A stretch of 64,000 nucleotides of DNA from the human T2T-CHM13v2.0 reference genome, Homo sapiens. Below, in pieces: positions 42,701-55,870 of this stretch (its first letter is position 1; each line of letters starts with the position of its first letter). Under the pieces are notes generated by a model. It was not told the DNA's origin, did no database searches, and saw only the letters and a program-made list of their open reading frames with translations. Both the position numbers and the translations under genes were made by a program. The stretch lies in assembly GCF_009914755.1 (NCBI RefSeq), contig NC_060941.1; one strand, 5' to 3'.

Positions 42701-45700
42701 GATGTTTGTATTCAACTCCCAGAGTTGAACTTTCCTTTGGAAAGAGCAGCTATGAAACACTCTTTTTCTAGAATCTGCAAGTGGACGTTTGGAGGGCTTT
42801 GTGGTTTGTGGTGGAAAAGGAAATATCTTCACCTAAATACTAGATAGAAGCATTCTCAGAAACTGCTTTGTGATGATTGCATTCACCTCACAGAGTTGAA
42901 CATTCCTATTGATAGAGCAGTTTGGAAACACTCTTGTTGTGGAATGTGCAAGTGGAGATTTGGAGCGCTTTGAGGCCTATGGTAGTAAAGGGAATAGCTT
43001 CATAGAAAAACTAGACAGAAGCATTCTCAGAAAATACTTTGTGATGATTGAGTTTAACTCACAGAGCTGAACATTCCTTTGGATGGAGCAGGTTTGAGAC
43101 ACACTTTTTGTAGAATCTACAAGTGGATATTTGGACCTCTCTGAGGATTTCGTTGGAAACGGGATAACTGCACCTAACTAAACGGAAACATTCTCAGAAA
43201 CTTCTTGGTGATGTTTGCATTCAAATCCCAGAGTTGAACCTTCCTGTGATAGTTCAGGTTTGAAACACTCTTTTTGTAGGATCTGCAAGTGGATATTTGG
43301 ACCACTCTGTGGCCTTCGTTCGAAACGGGTACATCTTCACATAAAATCTAGACAGAAGCCTTCTCAGAAACTTCTCTGTGATGATTGCATTCAACTCACA
43401 GATTTGAACCCTCCTATGGATAGAGCATTCTTGAAACTCTCTTTTTGTGGAATCTGCAAGTGGATATGTGGACCTCTCCGAAGATGTCTTTGGAAACGGG
43501 AATATCTTCACATAAAAACTAAACAGAAGCATTCTCAGAAACTTCTCTGTGATGTTTGTGTTCAACTCCCAGAGTTTCACATTGCTTTTCATAGAGTAGT
43601 TCTGAAACATGCTTTTCGTAGTGTCTGCAAGTGGACATTTGGAGCGCTTTCAGGCCTGTGGTGGAAAACGAATTATGGTCCCATGAAAACTGGAGAGAAG
43701 CATTGTCAGAAACTTCTTTGTGATGATTGCATTCAACTCACAGAGATGAAGGTTCCTTTACAAACAGCAGTTTCCAAACACTCTTTCTGTGGAATCTGCA
43801 AGTGGATATTTGGACCTCTTTGAAGATTTCGTTGGAAACGGGAGAATCTTCACAGAAAAGCTAAACAGAAGCATTCTCAGAAACTTCTTTGTGATGCTTG
43901 CATTCAACTCACAGAGTTGAACTTTCCTTTCGAGAGAGAAGCTTTGAAACACTCTTTTTCCAGAATCTGCAAGTGGACATTTGGAGGGCTTTGAGGCCTG
44001 TGGTGGAAAAGGAATTAACTTCCCGTAAAAGCTAGATAGAAGCATTCTCAGAAACTACTTTGTGATGATTGCATTCAAGTCACAGAGTTGAACATTCCCT
44101 TTGACAGAGCAGTTTGGAAACTCTCTTTGTGTAGAATCTGCAAGTGGAGATATGGACCGCTTTGAGGCCTATGGTAGTAAAGGAAATAGCTTCATATAAA
44201 AGCTAGACAGTAGCATTCACAGAAAACTCTTGGTGACGACTGAGTTTAACTCACAGAGCTGAACATTCCTTTGGATGGAGCAGTTTCGAAACACACTATT
44301 TGTAGAATGTGCAAGTGGATATTTGGGCCTCTCTGAGGATTTCGTTGGAAACGGGATAAACCGCACAGAACTAAACAGAAGCATTCTCAGAACCTTCTTC
44401 GTGATGTTTGCATTCAACTCACAGTGTTGAACCTTTCTTTGATAGTTCAGGTTTGAAACGGTCTTTCTGTAGAAACTGCAAGTAGATATTTGGACCTCTC
44501 TGAGGATTTCGTTGGAAACGGGATAACCCGCACAGAACTAAAACAGAAGCATTCTCAGAACCCTCTTCGTGATGTTTGCATTCAACACACAGTGCTGAAC
44601 CTTTCTTTGATAGTTCAGCTTTGAAACACTCTTCTTGTAGAAACTGCAAGTGGATATTTGGTCCTCTCTGAGGATTTCGTTGGAAACGGGATAAACCGCA
44701 CAGAACTAAACAGAAGCATTCTCAGAACCTTCTTCGTGATGTCTGCATTCAACTCACAGTGTGGAACCTTTCTTTGATAGTTCAGGTTTGAAACACTCTT
44801 TTTGTAGAAACTGCAAGGGGATAATTGCGCTTCTTTGAGGCCTACCGTAGTAAAGGAAATAACTTCCTATAGAAAGAAGACAGAAGCTTTCTCAGAAAAT
44901 TCTTTGGGATGATTGAGTGGAACTCACAGAGCTGAACATTCCTTGCGATGTAGCAGTTTAGAAACACACTTTCTGCAGAATCTGCAAGTGCATATTTGGA
45001 CCTCTCCGAGGAATTCGTTGGAAACGGGATAATTTCAGCTGACTAAACAGAAGCAGTCTCAGAATCTTCTTTGTGATGTTTGCATTCAAATCCCAGAGTT
45101 GAACTTTCCTTTCAAAGTTCACGTTTGAAACACTCTTTTTGCAGGATCTACAAGTGGATATTTGGACCACTCTGTGTCCTTCGTTCGAAACGGGTATATC
45201 TTCACATGACATCTAGACAGAAGCATTCTCAGAAGCTTCTCTGTGATGACTGCATTCAACTCACGGAGTTGAACACTCCTTTTGAGAGCGCAGTTTTGAA
45301 ACTCTCTTTCTGTGGCATCTGCAAGGGGACATGTAGACCTCTTTGAAGATTTCGTTGGAAACGGAATCATCTTCACATAAAAACTATACAGATGCATTCT
45401 CAGGAACTTTTTGGTGATGTTTGTATTCAACTCCCAGAGTTGAACTTTCCTTTGGAAAGAGCAGCTATGAAACACTCTTTTTCTAGAATCTGCAAGTGGA
45501 CGTTTGGAGGGCTTTGTGGTTTGTGGTGGAAAAGGAAATATCTTCACCTAAATACTAGATAGAAGCATTCTCAGAAACTGCTTTGTGATGATTGCATTCA
45601 CCTCACAGAGTTGAACATTCCTATTGATAGAGCAGTTTGGAAACACTCTTGTTGTGGAATGTGCAAGTGGAGATTTGGAGCGCTTTGAGGCCTATGGTAG

Positions 45701-48700
45701 TAAAGGGAATAGCTTCAGAGAAAAACTAGACAGAAGCATTCTCAGAAAATACTTTGTGATGATTGAGTTTAACTCACAGAGCTGAACATTCCTTTGGATG
45801 GAGCAGGTTTGAGACACACTTTTTGTAGAATCTACAAGTGGATATTTGGACCTCTCTGAGGATTTCGTTGGAAACGCGATAACTGCACCTAACTAAACGG
45901 AAGCATTCTCAGAAACTTCTTGGTGATGTTTGCATTCAAATCCCAGAGTTGAACCTTCCTGTGATAGTTCAGGTTTGAAACACTCTTTTTGTAGGATCTG
46001 CAAGTGGATATTTGGACCACTCTGGGGCCTTCGTTCGAAACGGGTACATCTTCACATAAAATCTAGACAGAAGCCTTCTCAGAAACTTCTCTGTGATGAT
46101 TGCATTCAACTCACAGAGTTGAACCCTCCTATGGATAGAGCATTGTTGAAACTCTCTTTTTGTGGAATCTGCAAGTGGATATGTGGACCTCTCCGAAGAT
46201 GTCTTTGGAAACGGGAATATCTTCACATAAAAACTAAACAGAAGCATTCTCAGAAACTTCTCTGTGATGTTTGTGTTCAACTCCCAGAGTTTCACATTGC
46301 TTTTCATAGAGTAGTTCTGAAACATGCTTTTCGTAGTGTCTGCAAGTGGACATTTGGAGCGCTTTCAGGCCTGTGGTGGAAAACGAATTATGGTCCCATA
46401 AAAACTGGAGAGAAGCATTGTCAGAAACTTCTTTGTGATGATTGCATTCAACTCACAGAGATGAAGGTTCCTTTACAAACAGCAGTTTCCAAACACTCTT
46501 TCTGTGGAATCTGCAAGTGGATATTTGGACCTCTTTGAAGATTTCGTTGGAAACGGGAGAATCTTCACAGAAAATCTAAACAGAAGCATTCTCAGAAACT
46601 TCTTTGTGATGCTTGCATTCAACTCACAGAGTTGAACTTTCCTTTCGAGAGAGAAGCTTTGAAACACTCTTTTTCCAGAATCTGCAAGTGGACATTTGGA
46701 GGGCTTTGAGGCCTGTGGTGGAAAAGGAATTAACTTCCCGTAAAAGCTAGATAGAAGCATTCTCAGAAACTACTTTGTGATGATTGCATTCAAGTCACAG
46801 AGTTGAACATTCCCTTTGACAGAGCAGTTTGGAAACTCTCTTTGTGTAGAATCTGCAAGTGGAGATATGGACCGCTTTGAGGCCTATGGTAGTAAAGGAA
46901 ATAGCTTCATATAAAAGCTAGACAGTAGCATTCACAGAAAACTCTTGGTGACGACTGAGTTTAACTCACAGAGCTGAACATTCCTTTGGATGGAGCAGTT
47001 TCGAAACACACTATTTGTAGAATGTGCAAGTGGATATTTGGGCCTCTCTGAGGATTTCGTTGGAAACGGGATAAACCGCACAGAACTAAACAGAAGCATT
47101 CTCAGAACCTACTTCGTGATGTTTGCATTCAACTCACAGTGTTGAACCTTTCTTTGATAGTTCAGGTTTGAAACGGTCTTTCTGTAGAAACTGCAAGTAG
47201 ATATTTGGACCTCTCTGAGGATTTCGTTGGAAACGGGATAAACCGCACAGAACTAAAACAGAAGCATTCTCAGAACCCTCTTCGTGATGTTTGCATTCAA
47301 CTCACAGTGCTGAACCTTTCTTTGATAGTTCAGCTTTGAAACACTCTTCTTGTAGTAACTGCAAGTGGATATTTGGTCCTCTCTGAGAATTTCGTTGGAA
47401 ACGGGATAAACCGCACAGAACTAAACAGAAGCATTCTCAGAACCTTCTTCGTGATGTCTGCATTCAACTCACAGTGTGGAACCTTTCTTTGATAGTTCAG
47501 GTTTGAAACACTCTTTTTGTAGAAACTGCAAGGGGATAATTGCACTTCTTTGAGGCCTACCGTAGTAAAGGAAATAACTTCCTATAGAAAGAAGACAGAA
47601 GCTTTCTCAGAAAATTCTTTGGGATGATTGAGTGGAACTCACAGAGCTGAACATTCCTTGAGATGTAGCAGTTTAGAAACACACTTTCTGCAGAATCTGC
47701 AAGTGCATATTTGGACCTCTCCGAGGAATTCGTTGGAAACGGGATAATTTCAGCTGACTAAACAGAAGCAGTCTCAGAATCTTCTTTGTGATGTTTGCAT
47801 TCAAATCCCAGAGTTGAACTTTCCTTTCAAAGTTCACGTTTGAAACACTCTTTTTGCAGGATCTACAAGTGGATATTTGGACCACTCTGTGTCCTTCGTT
47901 CGAAACGGGTATATCTTCACATGACATCTAGACAGAAGAATTCTCAGAAGCTTCTCTGTGATGACTGCATTCAACTCACGGAGTTGAACACTCCTTTTGA
48001 GAGCGCAGTTTTGAAACTCTCTTTCTGTGGCATCTGCAAGGGGACATGTAGACCTCTTTGAAGATTTCGTTGGAAACGGAATCATCTTCACATAAAAACT
48101 ATACAGATGCATTCTCAGGAACTTTTTGGTGATGTTTGTATTCAACTCCCAGAGTTGAACTTTCCTTTGGAAAGAGCAGCTATGAAACACTCTTTTTCTA
48201 GAATCTGCAAGTGGACGTTTGGAGGGCTTTGTGGTTTGTGGTGGAAAAGGAAATATCTTCACCTAAATACTAGATAGAAGCATTCTCAGAAACTGCTTTG
48301 TGATGATTGCATTCACCTCACAGAGTTGAACATTCCTATTGATAGAGCAGTTTGGAAACACTCTTGTTGTGGAATGTGCAAGTGGAGACTTGGAGCGTTT
48401 TGAGGCCTATGGTAGTAAAGGGAATAGCTTCATAGAAAAACTAGACAGAAGCATTCTCAGAAAATACTTTGTGATGATTGAGTTTAACTCACAGAGCTGA
48501 ACATTCCTTTGGATGGAGCAGGTTTGAGACACACTTTTTGTAGAAACTACAAGTGGATATTTGGACCTCTCTGAGGATTTCGTTGGAAACGCGATAACTG
48601 CACCTAATTAAACGGAAGCATTCTCAGAAACTTCTTGGTGATGTTTGCATTCAAATCCCAGAGTTGAACCTTCCTTTGATAGTTCAGGTTTGAAACACTC

Positions 48701-51700
48701 TTTTTGTAGGATCTGCAAGTGGATATTTGGACCACTCTGTGGCCTTCGTTCGAAACGGGTACATCTTCGCATAAAATCTAGACAGAAGCCTTCTCAGAAA
48801 CTTCTCTGTGATGATTGCATTCAACTCACAGAGTTGAACCCTCCTATGGATAGAGCATTGTTGAAACTCTCTTTTTGTGGAATCTGCAAGTGGATATGTG
48901 GACCTCTCCGAAGATGTCTTTGGAAACGGGAATATCTTCACATAAAAACTAAACAGAAGCATTCTCAGAAACTTCTCTGTGATGTTTGGTTTCAACTCCC
49001 AGAGTTTCACATTGCTTTTCATAGAGTAGTTCTGAAACATGCTTTTCGTAGTGTCTGCAAGTGGACATTTGGAGCGCTTTCAGGCCTGTGGTGGAAAACG
49101 AATGATGGTCCCATAAAAACTGGAGAGAAGCATTGTCAGAAACTTCTTTGTGATGATTGCATTCAACTCACAGAGATGAAGGTTCCTTTACAAACAGCAG
49201 TTTCCAAACACTCTTTCTGTGGAATCTGCAAGTGGATATTTGGACCTCTTTGAAGATTTCGTTGGAAACGGGAGAATCTTCACAGAAAAGCTAAACAGAA
49301 GCATTCTCAGAAACTTCTTTGTGATGCTTGCATTCAACTCACAGAGTTGAACTTTCCTTTCGAGAGAGAAGCTTTGAAACACTCTTTTTCCAGAATCTGC
49401 AAGTGGACATTTGGAGGGCTTTGAGGCCTGTGGTGGAAAAGGAATTAACTTCCCGTAAAAGCTAGATAGAAGCATTCTCAGAAACTACTTTGTGATGATT
49501 GCATTCAAGTCACAGAGTTGAACATTCCCTTTGACAGAGCAGTTTGGAAACTCTCTTTGTGTAGAATCTGCAAGTGGAGATATGGACCGCTTTGAGGCCT
49601 ATGGTAGTAAAGGAAATAGCTTCATATAAAAGCTAGACAGTAGCATTCACAGAAAACTCTTGGTGACGACTGAGTTTAACTCACAGAGCTGAACATTCCT
49701 TTGGATGGAGCAGTTTCGAAACACACTATTTGTAGAATGTGCAAGTGGATATTTGGGCCTCTCTGAGGATTTCGTTGGAAACGGGATAAACCGCACAGAA
49801 CTAAACAGAAGCATTCTCAGAACCTTCTTCGTGATGTTTGCATTCAACTCACAGTGTTGAACCTTTCTTTGATAGTTCAGGTTTGAAACGGTCTTTCTGT
49901 AGAAACTGCAAGTAGATATTTGGACCTCTCTGAGGATTTCGTTGGAAACGGGATAACCCGCACAGAACTAAAACAGAAGCATTCTCAGAACCCTCTTCGT
50001 GATGTTTGCATTCAACACACAGTGCTGAACCTTTCTTTGATAGTTCAGCTTTGAAACACTCTTCTTGTAGAAACTGCAAGTGGATATTTGGTCCTCTCTG
50101 AGGATTTCGTTGGAAACGGGATAAACCGCACAGAACTAAACAGAAGCATTCTCAGAACCTTCTTCGTGATGTCTGCATTCAACTCACAGTGTGGAACCTT
50201 TCTTTGATAGTTCAGGTTTGAAACACTCTTTTTGTAGAAACTGCAAGGGGATAATTGCACTTCTTTGAGGCCTACCGTAGTAAAGGAAATAACTTCCTAT
50301 AGAAAGAAGACAGAAGCTTTCTCAGAAAATTCTTTGGGATGATTGAGTGGAACTCACAGAGCTGAACATTCCTTGCGATGTAGCAGTTTAGAAACACACT
50401 TTCTGCAGAATCTGCAAGTGCATATTTGGACCTCTCCGAGGAATTCGTTGGAAACGGGATAATTTCAGCTGACTAAACAGAAGCAGTCTCAGAATCTTCT
50501 TTGTGATGTTTGCATTCAAATCCCAGAGTTGAACTTTCCTTTCAAAGTTCACGTTTGAAACACTCTTTTTGCAGGATCTACAAGTGGATATTTGGACCAC
50601 TCTGTGTCCTTCGTTCGAAACGGGTATATCTTCACATGACATCTAGACAGAAGCATTCTCAGAAGCTTCTCTGTGATGACTGCATTCAACTCACGGAGTT
50701 GAACACTCCTTTTGAGAGCGCAGTTTTGAAACTCTCTTTCTGTGGCATCTGCAAGGGGACATGTAGACCTCTTTGAAGATTTCGTTGGAAACGGAATCAT
50801 CTTCACATAAAAACTATACAGATGCATTCTCAGGAACTTTTTGGTGATGTTTGTATTCAACTCCCAGAGTTGAACTTTCCTTTGGAAAGAGCAGCTATGA
50901 CACACTCTTTTTCTAGAATCTGCAAGTGGACGTTTGCAGGGCTTTGTGGTTTGTGGTGGAAAAGGAAATATCTTCACCTAAATACTAGATAGAAGCATTC
51001 TCAGAAACTACTTTGTGATGATTGCATTCACCTCACAGAGTTCAACATTCCTATTGATAGAGCAGTTTGGAAACACTCTTGTTGTGGAATGTGCAAGTGG
51101 AGATTTGGAGCGCTTTGAGGCCTATGGTAGTAAAGGGAATAGCTTTATAGAAAAACTAGACAGAAGCATTCTCAGAAAATACTTTGTGATGATTGAGTTT
51201 AACTCACAGAGCTGAACATTCCTTTGGATGGAGCAGGTTTGAGACACACTTTTTGTAGAATCTACAAGTGGATATTTGGACCTCTCTGAGGATTTCGTTG
51301 GAAACGCGATAACTGCACCTAACTAAACGGAAGCATTCTCAGAAACTTCTTGGTGATGTTTGCATTCAAATCCCAGAGTTGAACCTTCCTGTGATAGTTC
51401 AGGTTTGAAACACTCTTTTTGTAGGATCTGCAAGTGGATATTTGGACCACTCTGTGGCCTTCGTTCGAAACGGGTACATCTTCACATAAAATCTAGACAG
51501 AAGCCTTCTCAGAAACTTCTCTGTGATGATTGCATTCAACTCACAGATTTGAACCCTCCTATGGATAGAGCATTGTTGAAACTCTCTTTTTGTGGAATCT
51601 GCAAGTGGATATGTGGACCTCTCCGAAGATGTCTTTGGAAACGGGAATATCTTCACATAAAAACTAAACAGAAGCATTCTCAGAAACTTCTCTGTGATGT

Positions 51701-54700
51701 TTGTGTTCAACTCCCAGAGTTTCACATTGCTTTTCATAGAGTAGTTCTGAAACATGCTTTTCGTAGTGTCTGCAAGTGGACATTTGGAGCGCTTTCAGGC
51801 CTGTGGTGGAAAACGAATTATGGTCCCATAAAAACTGGAGAGAAGCATTGTCAGAAACTTCTTTGTGACGATTGCATTCAACTCACAGAGATGAAGGTTC
51901 CTTTACAAACAGCAGTTTCCAAACACTCTTTCTGTGGAATCTGCAAGTGGATATTTGGACCTCTTTGAAGATTTCGTTGGAAACGGGAGAATCTTCACAG
52001 AAAAGCTAAACAGAAGCATTCTCAGAAACTTCTTTGTGATGCTTGCATTCAACTCACAGAGTTGAACTTTCCTTTCGAGAGAGAAGCTTTGAAACACTCT
52101 TTTTCCAGAATCTGCAAGTGGACATTTGGAGGGCTTTGAGGCCTGTGGTGGAAAAGGAATTAACTTCCCGTAAAAGCTAGATAGAAGCATTCTCAGAAAC
52201 TACTTTGTGATGATTGCATTCAAGTCACAGAGTTGAACATTCCCTTTGACAGAGCAGTTTGGAAACTCTCTTTGTGTAGAATCTGCAAGTGGAGATATGG
52301 ACCGCTTTGAGGCCTATGGTAGTAAAGGAAATAGCTTCATATAAAAGCTAGACAGTAGCATTCACAGAAAACTCTTGGTGACGACTGAGTTTAACTCACA
52401 GAGCTGAACATTCCTTTGGATGGAGCAGTTTCGAAACACACTATTTGTAGAATGTGCAAGTGGATATTTGGGCCTCTCTGAGGATTTCGTTGGAAACGGG
52501 ATAAACCGCACAGAACTAAACAGAAGCATTCTCAGAACCTTCTTCGTGATGTTTGCATTCAACTCACAGTGTTGAACCTTTCTTTGATAGTTCAGGTTTG
52601 AAACGGTCTTTCTGTAGAAACTGCAAGTAGATATTTGGGCCTCTCTGAGGATTTCGTTGGAAACGGGATAACCCGCACAGAACTAAAACAGAAGCATTCT
52701 CAGAACCCTCTTCGTGATGTTTGCATTCAACACACAGTGCTGAACCTTTCTTTGATAGTTCAGCTTTGAAACACTCTTCTTGTAGAAACTGCAAGTGGAT
52801 ATTTGGTCCTCTCTGAGGATTTCGTTGGAAACGGGATAAACCGCACAGAACTAAACAGAAGCATTCTCAGAACCTTCTTCGTGATGTCTGCATTCAACTC
52901 ACAGTGTGGAACCTTTCTTTGATAGTTCAGGTTTGAAACACTCTTTTTGTAGAAACTGCAAGGGGATAATTGCACTTCTTTGAGGCCTACCGTAGTAAAG
53001 GAAATAACTTCCTATAGAAAGAAGACAGAAGCTTTCTCAGAAAATTCTTTGGGATGATTGAGTGGAACTCACAGAGCTGAACATTCCTTGCGATGTAGCA
53101 GTTTAGAAACACACTTTCTGCAGAATCTGCAAGTGCATATTTGGACCTCTCCGAGGAATTCGTTGGAAACGGGATAATTTCAGCTGACTAAACAGAAGCA
53201 GTCTCAGAATCTTCTTTGTGATGTTTGCATTCAAATCCCAGAGTTGAACTTTCCTTTCAAAGTTCACGTTTGAAACACTCTTTTTGCAGGATCTACAAGT
53301 GGATATTTGGACCACTCTGTGTCCTTCGTTCGAAACGGGTATATCTTCACATGACATCTAGACAGAAGCATTCTCAGAAGCTTCTCTGTGATGACTGCAT
53401 TCAACTCACGGAGTTGAACACTCCTTTTGAGAGCGCAGTTTTGAAACTCTCTTTCTGTGGCATCTGCAAGGGGACATGTAGACCTCTTTGAAGATTTCGT
53501 TGGAAACGGAATCATCTTCACATAAAAACTATACAGATGCATTCTCAGGAACTTTTTGGTGATGTTTGTATTCAACTCCCAGAGTTGAACTTTCCTTTGG
53601 AAAGAGCAGCTATGAAACACTCTTTTTCTAGAATCTGCAAGTGGACGTTTGGAGGGCTTTGTGGTTTGTGGTGGAAAAGGAAATATCTTCACCTAAATAC
53701 TAGATAGAAGCATTCTCAGAAACTGCTTTGTGATGATTGCATTCACCTCACAGAGTTGAACATTCCTATTGATAGAGCAGTTTGGAAACACTCTTGTTGT
53801 GGAATGTGCAAGTGGAGATTTGGAGCGCTTTGAGGCCTATGGTAGTAAAGGGAATAGCTTCAGAGAAAAACTAGACAGAAGCATTCTCAGAAAATACTTT
53901 GTGATGATTGAGTTTAACTCACAGAGCTGAACATTCCTTTGGATGGAGCAGGTTTGAGACACACTTTTTGTAGAATCTACAAGTGGATATTTGGACCTCT
54001 CTGAGGATTTCGTTGGAAACGCGATAACTGCACCTAACTAAACGGAAGCATTCTCAGAAACTTCTTGGTGATGTTTGCATTCAAATCCCAGAGTTGAACC
54101 TTCCTGTGATAGTTCAGGTTTGAAACACTCTTTTTGTAGGATCTGCAAGTGGATATTTGGACCACTCTGTGGCCTTCGTTCGAAACGGGTATATCTTCGC
54201 ATAAAATCTAGACAGAAGCCTTCTCAGAAACTTCTCTGTGATGATTGCACTCAACTCACAGAGTTGAACCCTCCTATGGATAGAGCAGTGTTGAAACTCT
54301 CTTTTTGTGGAATCTGCAAGTGGATATGTGGACCTCTCCGAAGATGTCTTTGGAAACGGGAATATCTTCACATAAAAACTAAACAGAAGCATTCTCAGAA
54401 ACTTCTCTGTGATGTTTGTGTTCAACTCCCAGAGTTTCACATTGCTTTTCATAGAGTAGTTCTGAAACATGCTTTTCGTAGTGTCTACAAGTGGACATTT
54501 GGAGCGCTTTCAGGCCTGTGGTGGAAAACGAATTATGGTCACATAAAAACTGGAGAGAAGCATTGTCAGAAACTTCTTTGTGATGATTGCATTCAACTCA
54601 CAGAGTTGAAGGTTCCTTTTAAAAGAGCAGTTTCCAATCACTCTTTCTGTGGAATCTGCAAGTGGATATTTGGACCTCTTTGAAGATTTCGTTGGAAACG

Positions 54701-55870
54701 GGAGAATCTTCACAGAAAAGCTAAACAGAAGCATTCTCAGAAACTTCTTTGTGATGCTTGCATTCAACTCACAGAGTTGAACTTTCCTTTCGAGAGAGAA
54801 GCTTTGAAACACTCTTTTTCCAGAATCTGCAAGTGGACATTTGGAGGGCTTTGAGGCCTGTGGTGGAAAAGGAATTAACTTCCCGTAAAAGCTAGATAGA
54901 AGCATTCTCAGAAACTACTTTGTGATGATTGCATTCAAGTCACAGAGTTGAACATTCCCTTTGACAGAGCAGTTTGGAAACTCTCTTTGTGTAGAATCTG
55001 CAAGTGGAGATATGGACCGCTTTGAGGCCTATGGTAGTAAAGGAAATAGCTTCATATAAAAGCTAGACAGTAGCATTCACAGAAAACTCTTGGTGACGAC
55101 TGAGTTTAACTCACAGAGCTGAACATTCCTTTGGATGGAGCAGTTTCGAAACACACTATTTGTAGAATGTGCAAGTGGATATTTGGGCCTCTCTGAGGAT
55201 TTCGTTGGAAACGGGATAAACCGCACAGAACTAAACAGAAGCATTCTCAGAACCTTCTTCGTGATGTTTGCATTCAACTCACAGTGTTGAACCTTTCTTT
55301 GATAGTTCAGATTTGAAACGGTCTTTCTGTAGAAACTGCAAGTAGATATTTGGACCTCTCTGAGGATTTCGTTGGAAACGGGATAAACCGCACAGAACTA
55401 AAACAGAAGCATTCTCAGAACCCTCTTCGTGATGTTTGCATTCAACTCACAGTGCTGAACCTTTCTTTGATAGTTCAGCTTTGAAACACTCTTCTTGTAG
55501 AAACTGCAAGTGGATATTTGGTCCTCTCTGAGGATTTCGTTGGAAACGGGATAAACCGCACAGAACTAAACAGAAGCATTCTCAGAACCTTCTTCGTGAT
55601 GTCTGCATTCAACTCACAGTGTGGAACCTTTCTTTGATAGTTCAGGTTTGAAACACTCTTTTTGTAGAAACTGCAAGGGGATAATTGCACTTCTTTGAGG
55701 CCTACCGTAGTAAAGGAAATAACTTCCTATAGAAAGAAGACAGAAGCTTTCTCAGAAAATTCTTTGGGATGATTGAGTGGAACTCACAGAGCTGAACATT
55801 CCTTGCGATGTAGCAGTTTAGAAACACACTTTCTGCAGAATCTGCAAGTGCATATTTGGACCTCTCTGAG

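Noticed and set aside
51015-51215. ORFs unique to a few units (51015..51215, 56445..56645, 23193..23408, 59602..59913)
   Set aside because: They arise from single substitutions that remove stop codons in individual HOR copies. They are useful only as haplotype markers.
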